Source of the DNA: Porphyridium purpureum
Lineage: Eukaryota
Length of the DNA: 64,000 nucleotides
Reading direction: 5' to 3'
Assembly: GCA_008690995.1 (NCBI GenBank)
Contig: VRMN01000006.1
Span: 310,001-374,000 of the forward strand
The position numbers and the translations under genes are program-made. Below are positions 55,167 to 64,000 of the stretch, piece after piece (within the stretch, counting starts at the first letter, position 1; each line of letters opens with the position of its first letter). Below the pieces are notes generated by a model. The model saw nothing but the letters and a program-made list of their open reading frames with translations, searched no databases and was not told the DNA's origin.

Positions 55167-56160
55167 TCATCGGTTGGATACTCTGGAAATGATGGCTTGT
55201 ACAGGAGCCAAGTCTTCTGAACCAATCCAGGACATGGCGACATCGTGGCAATCCCTAAAGGATGCTCAACGTGTGGTCGGCATTGGAGCACAAAGAAAGG
55301 TGAAACGGATTGCAGGATTTCAACGGGTCAGTTCTGGCTGCTCACGAGTGCTCGAGGGATCGATCTACGCGCAGCAGGTCCCTCCAAAACGGAAAGAAGA
55401 ATCAGACGTACCAATAGATTGTTTCGAGCTCCTTCTGTTCGGAGCGCTTAAACTTGCTGAGCACATAATCGGCCAAATCGCCGCCAGCCGGTGAGTCTAC
55501 GCCGACCCGCAGCCGCGTGTAATTTTGGCCAAGGGCGTTCTGGATGCTTCGCAGTCCATTCTGGCCACCATGGGTACCCTTCTCGCGCAGGCGCAATCGC
55601 CCGAACCCAAGATTAACATCGTCCACAATAACCATGATCGCTGAACGCGGAATTTTGTAGAAGCTTACGAAACTGTTGACGGCTCGACCGCTCAAGTTCA
55701 TGAACGTGGTGGGCTTCATGAAATGAACAGTCCGTCCATTGACTACGGTTTCTGTGAGCATGGCCTGGAATTTGGGCGCCGGCTTGAACGGAGCTGCCTG
55801 CATTCGCACGGCGAGACTCTCCACTACATGAAAGCCAATGTTATGCCGCGTGAGCTCGTACTCTTTTCCTGGATTTCCCAGCCCGACAATCAGCAGGCGG
55901 TCTCCGCGCGCCACAGCGGGTTCTTCTTGCCCCGCCGCACCCTTTGTGGCGTTGCCTGCATCTTTCGCAGCGCTTGCACGCGGCCCGTTATCAGGAGCGG
56001 CGGCTCGCGCGGTTGTTCTGAGCAGCCGCGCCGGTTTCGTGACGCCGGCGACACGCGGAAGCGCGCGCGCTCTGCTTGACAGCGCGTTCGCTCGTGCCGA
56101 CAGAGCGCGCGCACCTCCGCGCAGCATCGGATGCCCCACGAACGCCAGCATCCACGCCAT
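55167..56160 (-). CDS. pth: Peptidyl-tRNA hydrolase, organelle-targeted, two exons (56160-55412, 55254-55167)
   Basis: LIVGLGNPG..YELTRHNIGF, KPTTFMNLSG, GGQNGLRSI and DYVLSKF. Predicted intron 55411-55255 (GTACGT...ACTGAC...TTTAG) restores a C-terminal helix, WDCHDVAMSWIGSEDL...SNR. Confidence 0.9.
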
Positions 56161-56407
56161 GGCGCTCCAGAACTTCGCGTGCGCCTTGGGGCACATGCAC
56201 CTCGCCAGCCGCCAAGAGGCCGCGCACCATCGAATGGCACAGTGCAGTGCAATGCGCATTCCCACAAATTAATGCGAATTGCAATGTAATGCGGAATCTC
56301 CGAAACGGGCGCGTGCGCGTCGAGCGCGCGAGCGAGCGAGCGACACAACGCGGCAGGTGGATGGATGTGATGCGGTTGCGGGAGAGTCAAGGAAGGACAC
56401 CGGGGAG

Positions 56408-57868
56408 ATGAATCGGACCGTGCTGAACTCCTTCGAACAGGGCGTGCCGCTGACAATCGATGATTACCTGGAGACTGCGGCGGAATGCCTGGCGTTTAGC
56501 CGGTACGGCAACTTGCTCGTGCTGGGCACCAAGCACGGCGCGCTCGAGATGTGGGATTTCAACACACGATCGCGTGATTGCGTGATTGCCGCGCACAACA
56601 AGAAGGTGTCTGCGCTGAGTTTGCGCTTTCCTCCGAACGGCGAGTACGTGTATACGGCCAGCATTGATGGCGAGCTCAAGCTTTGGCACACACTGACGCA
56701 GCGCAATGTGTTGCATGTGGCGTTTCACACTCCCATTCTGGCCTGCGAGGCACATCCAAGAAACCCAGACTTCGTGCTTGTTTGCACGACAAAGCACGGC
56801 GCTTTGCTCTTGCGCATCACGGGCGTACCGGAGGCCGCGTCTCCGGCAGCGCGCACCTTGCACCGTGCGCCCCTAGAAAACGGCAACGGCCTCGCAGTGC
56901 AACAGGAACAAATGCACCAACCGTCTGTGCAGAGCCTGGAAGAAATGGAGCACCAAATATTGCTTGTGGATGCGCAAAGCTGTACGTGTGCGACGTTCTC
57001 TCCGGACGGACGCTACGTCTTGGCTGGCCGTACCGATGGCATGGTCTCAGTCTTCAAGCTTGGTGAGCCCACCCAAGGCGCCGGCGCGCAGATTCTGAAA
57101 CATGAAGCTAACTTTGAGGTTCCCGGTCGGGCCTCCATCAAGAGCATCCTTTTTGAACCCGAAGGCCGCATGTTTGTCATTAACTCCCTGGATAGGACCG
57201 TGCGATTGTTCTCGTCCCAGATGATCAACGCTTCAACAATGGACCAGGTAGTTAGTTCGCTGGAGCCATATCTGCTCTTCACCATGGTGGACTTGGTGAA
57301 TCGCAAGCAGTACATGCACATGACCTTCAGTCCGGACGGCGACTATTTGGTGCTCACGCTCAAGGAAGAATCCAACAAGCTCAATATTCATCGGACTTCA
57401 GACGGGCTGGTGGAGAAAGTGCTCGAAGGTCCGGGTGAGATGGTTGGTGGCGTGGCCTGGCATCCGTTCCGCGCACTGATTGCATCCTTAGGTGGGAACT
57501 TTGGCGGGGTATACGTGTGGACGCAATCCTCTGAAGAGCATTGGTATGCGTTCGCGCCAGAGTTTCGAGACGTCCAAGAAAATGTTCTGCTGAGCGAAAC
57601 CGAATCGGAGTGGGACTGGATCGTTGAAAAAGCCGTGAAACGGGAACGAGATGGACACGCTGAGATCATGGAAATAGAGCCAAACTCTACATTGTACGAT
57701 TTAGATCCAAGCTGTCCGTATTTTTTTCTGCCCGTCACAGAAGCGCCGGCATCGGATGAGTATAGACACGAAAACAAGCCCGACAACGTTGAGGGTATGC
57801 ATGTGCGTGATGAAGCCCCAGACTTACGGGATAGGAGGTGGCGCGATGACAAGCGCAACGAATCATGA
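56408..57868 (+). CDS. RBBP5: RBBP5/Swd1 WD40 subunit of the COMPASS H3K4 methyltransferase
   Basis: MN..LNSFEQGVP.TI, CLAFSRYG.LL..G, INSLDRTVR, DLVNR, LEGPGE, WHP and the diagnostic W.AFAPEF...ENV...E.ESE.D. Confidence 0.92.
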   Translation: MNRTVLNSFEQGVPLTIDDYLETAAECLAFSRYGNLLVLGTKHGALEMWDFNTRSRDCVIAAHNKKVSALSLRFPPNGEYVYTASIDGELKLWHTLTQRNVLHVAFHTPILACEAHPRNPDFVLVCTTKHGALLLRITGVPEAASPAARTLHRAPLENGNGLAVQQEQMHQPSVQSLEEMEHQILLVDAQSCTCATFSPDGRYVLAGRTDGMVSVFKLGEPTQGAGAQILKHEANFEVPGRASIKSILFEPEGRMFVINSLDRTVRLFSSQMINASTMDQVVSSLEPYLLFTMVDLVNRKQYMHMTFSPDGDYLVLTLKEESNKLNIHRTSDGLVEKVLEGPGEMVGGVAWHPFRALIASLGGNFGGVYVWTQSSEEHWYAFAPEFRDVQENVLLSETESEWDWIVEKAVKRERDGHAEIMEIEPNSTLYDLDPSCPYFFLPVTEAPASDEYRHENKPDNVEGMHVRDEAPDLRDRRWRDDKRNES

Positions 57869-59269
57869 TTATGTATAGCATCTGCATGATACGCGAAGAG
57901 GTTGAGCCGATCAACATGCGCGTGGGCGAAGCTTCACGACTCGTAAACCTGCTTCGAAATCGTATGATTGAGGCATTTTACGTGATGGATTCGGTTTTCG
58001 AACGATAATGAAGAAAGGAAGTCTGCATATCAGAGGCGACGTGAAAGATTTGGTGCGAGCAAATTTCTCGGACTTTGTTCATGCTGAGAAGCGGCGCCAC
58101 CTGCGTTGTTGGCGCCCTTGGGTACAATCTACACAAAAATGAAAGAGCATCGGCTGAATATGCAGTGCGCGAATTCTTCTGGTTTTCCGCTGCAGAGCGC
58201 GTGCGCGCTTTGTGTTGTGTAGGATGCTTCGCACGTTGCGCTGGATGTTTCATTTCAGCTTGCAAATACCCAAAAGCATCACATGCAAGTCATTCTTTGC
58301 TGAAATGCAAGCGCCGGTGGTTTTCGCGAGTGGATACAGACGAGGCGCCAGAGCGGAGCGCTGCAGCAGCAAGCATGCGGGCCAAAACAGACAGAGCGCT
58401 GCCCTGTCCTGTTTCACTCGCCTTGTGTCTGATGATTTGTTCGGCGTGGGCGCTGGGCACACATTCTGCGACGCGTGCCACTCACATTTGTGCGTAGCCA
58501 TTTGCGCCCTATGTCTTGCGTTCGTTCAGACAAGACCATCCGCGGACGAAGGGTCTCCGGGCCCGCACGCGCTGCGGAGGAGGGCTGTGACGGCGGCAAG
58601 GGTCTCGTCGGGACGTGCAGATTGTAGATTCATCCAACCTCATAAAGGACACACACGCACACACACACACCGGTCCCGCACGCCACGAGCCGTGTACCCC
58701 GCACTGTACCTCCATGCGCACGACGTCGCTTACACCGCGCGACCCTTACGCGTGTGTGTAACGGGCGGTGTACAGTGCGCGTCTAAGCGCGTTGCGTTGA
58801 AATGAGGGGGTACAGTGGGCACTGGGGCGGTGTGGGCCCGCAGCAGCGCGCGTGTCGGTGCTGCGCGGCAGTGCGGACTGTGGCTGAGTGTGACGCGTGA
58901 GGAGAGACGCACGGGCTGGTTGGGCGGGTGGGTGCGAGTGGTCCCGACGGCCGGACAAGCGGTGGCACGCCGTCCCAAGCGCACGCGCAGAACACGCCGC
59001 GCACCTGCATTGCGGAGGAGGACGCGCGGTTGGCACGCGCAAGTCGATGTGCTGTGTGTGCGTTGGTGGTGCGCGCAGAAGTAGACGCCGCGGCGAAAGG
59101 CGCTGCTGCGGTAGAAAGCGAGAGGACGTCAGGGCGCCAGGCGCGGGCGTTTGAGGGCGCGGTTTGCGGAGTGCGTGCGGGTGTGGGCGTGCGAGCTCAG
59201 GAGGTCGAAAGCAAACGGGCGCGGGCGCCGAAACGAGCGCGGCGGGTGCCGCGGAACACGTCGTGCCGC

Positions 59270-60850
59270 ATGGCGACGCGCAAGGCGTATGTGGAGGTGA
59301 GCGTGGCGGCGTACGCGCTACCACGTCACCTGCTTGGCGTGCCGGATGCGTTCGTGGTTCTGTTTACCAAGCCGCTGAACGCGCCCGACTCGGAGTGGAA
59401 GGAGCTGGGTCGCACCGAGGTCGCGCTGGCTGATCTCAATCCAAACTTTGTGACCAAGTTTAAGCTCTTCTATGTGTCGGATTTAGAGCGCAATCGCGAG
59501 GTCCTGTTCAATGTGTACCAATATGGCATGATTATCAAGAAGGAAGAGTTTGTGGGCTTTGTGCGATGCGCGCTGGCAGATATTCTAGAGTCGCCGCTAT
59601 GCTCAGTTGAGTTCCCGCTCAAGAACGAGTACGGTGAGCTCGCATCGCGCTCTGGCTATATGTTTGTGGCCGCAGAGGTCATCGAACCGCTTGCACGAGC
59701 CATGCCCATTTCCATCCAGTTTGAGATCAATGATTCCATCATTGGCGGGCCGGCCGCCAAGGACGCCGTGTACTTTATTATTTCGCGCGAGCTCAAGCAC
59801 ACGCCGGGCGCGTGGGCGCGGGTGTACCGCTCCAAGGCAATCAAGGCCTCGTCCAAGAAGGCGCGCAGCTTTCTGTTTGATCTCGCGCAGCTCACGTCCG
59901 AGCAGCTGTATGCCAATGATCCCCATCGCACGCTACTAATCGAGATGTATCATTACTCGGCGCGCAAGGTGCACCGCACAGACTCGTCCGACGGCAAAAC
60001 GATGACCAGAAGAACCAGCAGCCCGCTCAAGGGCCTACTATCTCGAGGCACCTCCGCCGATGGCGCTGGTGCGGGCGGCGGAACTGGCCAGAGTGCGTCC
60101 GGAGCGCAGCGCACGCACCATTTTCTCATTTGCTCAATCATGTTGAACCCCAAGGGGCTGGAAAAGATGTTGGCCGAGGGCTACTCCCTGCAGTGTGACG
60201 TGGAGCCGGGGACGGCGCTCGAACAGGCGCCTATCGCGTTTGGACCAGACTCGGTGATTTCGAGTCGCGAGATTCGATGGCACTTTATGATCGGCCCGCT
60301 GGTTTGGGGAATGAGCAAGGGGAAGCACAGCTCCTGGGGCAAGAACAAACACGACAAAGAGAAGCGCATGTGGCGCGGCTCCTCACTGCAAAATATCGAC
60401 GTCGACGCTAATGGGGGGATACATTTGGCAAAGCCACCGCGCCCGGGCGGAGCATCGGCGAGTGAGGGCGGGCGGGCGAGCAGGGAAACGCCGCTGCAGT
60501 CGCCAACGAGTGGCCTTGCAGAAATGCGTCTAAGTAATCGCTCGGAGGAAAGAACGGCATCGGACCTTCCGAAACCATTGACTATGGACGAAATTTCAGA
60601 CGAAGACGAGGACGACGAGGAGGGCGGTGACGCGGGGGCTGGTGTGAGCGGCGGCGCCGGGCTACATGAGGAATGCGAGGGCGTGATCAACAAGCAGGCC
60701 AAGCGGAAAGAGGTGTACGAAGACGACGAATTTGGGGTCATAGACGAAATCGTAGAGGAAGATACCGTCGACTTGACGCACTTACGGCAAAACGCGAGCA
60801 TTCGGAAAGTATTACTAACACGCAAACCGTCCAAGCATGTCGACGACTAG
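59270..60850 (+). CDS. Copine-like tandem C2-domain protein without vWA domain
   Basis: VEVSVAA..LP...PDAFVVL...WKELGRTEV..DLNPNF...FNVY, and a second C2 WARVYRS.AIK...L..EQL...D..R.LLIEMY. Acidic disordered tail. Confidence 0.75.
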   Translation: MATRKAYVEVSVAAYALPRHLLGVPDAFVVLFTKPLNAPDSEWKELGRTEVALADLNPNFVTKFKLFYVSDLERNREVLFNVYQYGMIIKKEEFVGFVRCALADILESPLCSVEFPLKNEYGELASRSGYMFVAAEVIEPLARAMPISIQFEINDSIIGGPAAKDAVYFIISRELKHTPGAWARVYRSKAIKASSKKARSFLFDLAQLTSEQLYANDPHRTLLIEMYHYSARKVHRTDSSDGKTMTRRTSSPLKGLLSRGTSADGAGAGGGTGQSASGAQRTHHFLICSIMLNPKGLEKMLAEGYSLQCDVEPGTALEQAPIAFGPDSVISSREIRWHFMIGPLVWGMSKGKHSSWGKNKHDKEKRMWRGSSLQNIDVDANGGIHLAKPPRPGGASASEGGRASRETPLQSPTSGLAEMRLSNRSEERTASDLPKPLTMDEISDEDEDDEEGGDAGAGVSGGAGLHEECEGVINKQAKRKEVYEDDEFGVIDEIVEEDTVDLTHLRQNASIRKVLLTRKPSKHVDD

Positions 60851-60961
60851 CTCGTGTGAGCCTGGTGCAGAAGTCGACTCAAAATGCGGAGCTAATTTTT
60901 GAACAAAACAAGCTGCAACTTCAACGAAAAGAAGAAGAATCAATACCTGGAGAAACACTTT

Positions 60962-62986
60962 CTACTTCGAATACGCGTCCACGAGTTCCCGCAGCTTCCA
61001 AAAACTTAGACTGGAGCCGAGGCGATAAAATTTTGCGTCCTCGTGGCTTGTGTTCCCTGCCGGCTTGAAATAGACGGTCATGTTGCCAACGGGTGGAAGA
61101 TCATCCGGCAGATCGTTTTCTTTGGTGTTGATCTGAATGACCTTCAGCTTGAGTGAAGGTTGATTCTTCGCCCATTCATTGAGCAGTTTGAATGGTTTCT
61201 TATTCTTGCAGCACTTTTGCATTGGCACGTACATCCAGATGACCACATTCATGGTTGAATCGTACGCCTGCTGGATAAAGTTCTCCGAAACCACCTCAAT
61301 TCTGCCGTCGGACTTGAACGGGTTCCGAGGAGGTCTAGCTCCCCGAAGACGTCTTTCCCCAGTGATGCGATCGCAGTAGAGCAAGTGATCAACGATGCCA
61401 AGACGACAGAATGGTGTCGTATTTGCGCACATGTCAAGAAGCCCGGTTTCGTCAATCACATCAATCTTTCGCTGCGTCGAATTCTTTTCCAGGTACTCCT
61501 TGATTTGCACGGCCGTGAGCTTGGACGAAAACCAGAGTTCTTCGCCGACGTGCTTGAACCCGGATGTGTGCGGTGGGAGATGGGGCACCATGTCATAGTT
61601 GTTCACGATGCGGTATCCCTTCTTCAGTCTGGCATCCCACTCGCGCGAGAAGGCGTCGTTGCCGGGACGCGGCTGGCCAAAAGTGTACATTTCGATGAGA
61701 TGCGCAGGTATTCCAGCCAACACGAGCGCCATGGCATGCATCGACGCCATCGCACCGCCCAACGAGTGCCCGGTGACATAAACGGTGTAATCCGGGCATT
61801 CTGCATGCAGCTTGAGAACCTCATCGATCATTCCGCGTGAGATCGAGTGGTACGTGGAGTAAAAGCCCTGGTGCAGTCTGACATCGGGAGGAAGGGCCGT
61901 GAACTCGTCGCACCTGCCCGGGTCCACCAACATGAATTGCAAGTTTGAAATCCAGTTGCGCAATGACACGGTACCACGAAAGCTCGATACAATGTGCCTT
62001 GCTTCATGATTCACTCCTACAAAGCCGTACGCATCCATTTGCTCGTTGTAAAATCTCTGACGCACACTGAACTTCTTGTCAATCGTTTCACACCCGCATT
62101 CCAGATTCGCACTGTTGTGCATGAAGCAATAGCTTGCGGTCGTGTATTTCACCATCATTCTGGCTGTCTCGTGCAAATAGCCGCCCGGAAAGTGCGTAGC
62201 CTTGCGCGCAAGCAGTTCGGCATCGGTGTCCGTTTCGTCTGGACATCGTGGAAGCGCATCGAGCTCGCTCTGACTTGTGTCCCTCAACATAAGCGGCCCG
62301 GACCCGGCACCTGATCTGAGCATGGCCAAGATAATACGCTGTACCTCATGATCCACGCCTGCGCGATATGTCTGAGCGGCGGAGGACAGTTTCTTTGGCG
62401 TGTTGCTGTCTTCTTCACGCACGAAGAGACGGTCGTGCAAGGGAATATCCCAAGTATCTAGCTCCGGAGCGGTAACATTGGACACCGACTCCATCATTTC
62501 GTCATCGCTGTCCACTTCGTTCTCGATGTATTCGCGTGAGTCCTCTATGGACGACGCGGACGAGCTCAATGATACGGTGGATGTGCTAATGCTTCCACCA
62601 TCGTCCGGGTCATCCTTTCGCGATTGCTGCTTGGACGCGGTTCCTCGCTGCGACCTGCTTTTCTCCATGACAAACACAATTGGATTCACCACCTTGCCAA
62701 ACATTTCGCACTGTTTCTGACACGCCGGCTTTGCGGACGGCGGTTTGCTTTGATTTTGCGTTGATGCCTTTGAACCCTTCACGCTCCAGCTGTGCTTCAG
62801 CGCCACCCCGGAAGACCCGGGAGCTTGCTCTTGCTTGGGGCTCATCGAAGGCGCCGCCGTGTCCGACAGCACAAGCGATGCGTTGCACTTGGCGCGGTAT
62901 CGGTCGACATACGCACACAACGCACCAATCTCTTGCTGGGCAAGTTGCAGGTCTTCGCCGGCCAGCGCGGCACCTCCCTGCTGCAT
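60962..62986 (-). CDS. Class-3 lipase with C-terminal thioredoxin/PDI-like domain
   Basis: IVSSFRGT, LHQGF, VYVTGHSLGG, YTFGQPRPGN, RIVNNYDMVPHLPP and DHLLY. An ACTGAC...GCAG acceptor at about 63042 suggests a possible upstream exon. Confidence 0.88.
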   Translation of the reverse strand: MQQGGAALAGEDLQLAQQEIGALCAYVDRYRAKCNASLVLSDTAAPSMSPKQEQAPGSSGVALKHSWSVKGSKASTQNQSKPPSAKPACQKQCEMFGKVVNPIVFVMEKSRSQRGTASKQQSRKDDPDDGGSISTSTVSLSSSASSIEDSREYIENEVDSDDEMMESVSNVTAPELDTWDIPLHDRLFVREEDSNTPKKLSSAAQTYRAGVDHEVQRIILAMLRSGAGSGPLMLRDTSQSELDALPRCPDETDTDAELLARKATHFPGGYLHETARMMVKYTTASYCFMHNSANLECGCETIDKKFSVRQRFYNEQMDAYGFVGVNHEARHIVSSFRGTVSLRNWISNLQFMLVDPGRCDEFTALPPDVRLHQGFYSTYHSISRGMIDEVLKLHAECPDYTVYVTGHSLGGAMASMHAMALVLAGIPAHLIEMYTFGQPRPGNDAFSREWDARLKKGYRIVNNYDMVPHLPPHTSGFKHVGEELWFSSKLTAVQIKEYLEKNSTQRKIDVIDETGLLDMCANTTPFCRLGIVDHLLYCDRITGERRLRGARPPRNPFKSDGRIEVVSENFIQQAYDSTMNVVIWMYVPMQKCCKNKKPFKLLNEWAKNQPSLKLKVIQINTKENDLPDDLPPVGNMTVYFKPAGNTSHEDAKFYRLGSSLSFWKLRELVDAYSK

Positions 62987-64000
62987 CCTGGATCCGTGTA
63001 GCAAACTGTCCGACCTCTTGTTCCCTTCTCGCCGCGACAGTCTGCGCGTGCGCAGAGAAGCAGGTCAGTCCGACTCACGCCGTGCGCTTCGCCGAAGCCA
63101 TCACACGCCCACAAACACCAGCTCCGGCTCTGCCCTGCTGCACCGGCTCACCGAAATTTCTCCCGCCGAACTTCGTAGTAAATTGTGCGAGCTTACTATG
63201 ATTATTTTCCACACCGGAACTCGCAACCCGCGCGAACCGACGGAAACCGTCTGAAGACGCGCTTCGAGTGTTGAGGTTACCGACCACCAACCAGCCCCCA
63301 TCACCAGCTGCCCGCGAGTAGGAGTACCGCAGAGCACTGCTTCATCCGAAGCGTCGCCCTGCTTCGCATGTTCCGACACCGCGCTAGCCATCGGGCAGAA
63401 CTTTGCTTGCCACCAAGGTCCAGCTTCAGCACTGCTAGGAAGCTACGGAAAGCATTGACATCGCTGTTCGCATGCACACCCCAAACGGCCAGTGTTGTGA
63501 CGATGGAGCTGCGTGTAGGCATACGACGCAAGCTCAACGCCATCCGTGCGAAGCTTGAGAGAACATTGGTTGCTCAACTCTACATGATACAAAGCCCAAC
63601 GTGCTCCATACGAACTCGTCAATAGACAACAATTTGCAGTAGCTTTTCAATCGGTTCGCGAATCACCCCACTAGTCGAGAAGGCGGTCGTTTAATGGTAT
63701 CAACAATGTCCTCGTTGCTTCAATCAACAAACCTCGCCAGAAATGTGCGACTGGCTGCTGCGGTCAATTGTAGACGTAAACTCTGCAGCGTCTTCTGAGC
63801 CATGCAGTATAGTACAAACTTGAAATGTCTGAAGGCCTTGCGCATGTCGCAACCCTACAGCGGTAAGGAAGCCAAATTCGCACGTCCTCCCCCAACTTAT
63901 GAAGGGGTGCTGTCTTCCCTGTGGGCCTATACCTGGTTCCGTCCAGCACCTCTGGCTTTTTGTCCCACCAGACTCTAATTTTTGCATTGCTGCGCTTGCA

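Noticed and set aside
57870..59260. Short ORFs between RBBP5 and the C2 gene
   Set aside because: No recognisable motifs or consistent coding signal.

Overview
This is compact, intron-poor eukaryotic nuclear DNA. Plastid-type transit peptides and the divergent, GC-rich rDNA suggest a unicellular red alga such as a Porphyridium relative, which is an inference. About 19 host protein-coding genes are present: enoyl-CoA isomerase (5' part), plastid EF-G, a TMEM223-like protein, an M41-like peptidase, an intronless 5,263-aa TRRAP/Tra1, an RBP45/47-like RRM protein, a YnbB-type PLP enzyme, AspRS, a WD40 protein, DUF1995, an alpha/beta hydrolase, YqeY, CysRS, RPP21, ALG13, PTH, RBBP5, a tandem C2 protein and a class-3 lipase. 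The window also holds one solitary 18S-5.8S-28S rDNA unit and a recently inserted GalEa-like Copia LTR retrotransposon with identical 295-bp LTRs. The most interesting item is largely invisible in the ORF track: a decayed Fanzor1 (eukaryotic TnpB-like RNA-guided nuclease) at about 24.0-25.5 kb, with all RuvC and Zn-finger motifs in order and a structured candidate omega-RNA region downstream. Other oddities are the Copia's missing tRNA primer-binding site and in-frame gag/pol UGA, RPP21 and ALG13 start codons overlapping in one CCATGG, a lipase-thioredoxin-like fusion, and a 14-bp-periodic E2F-like palindrome array in ITS1. Several genes have frameshifts in GC-rich stretches that are probably assembly errors.
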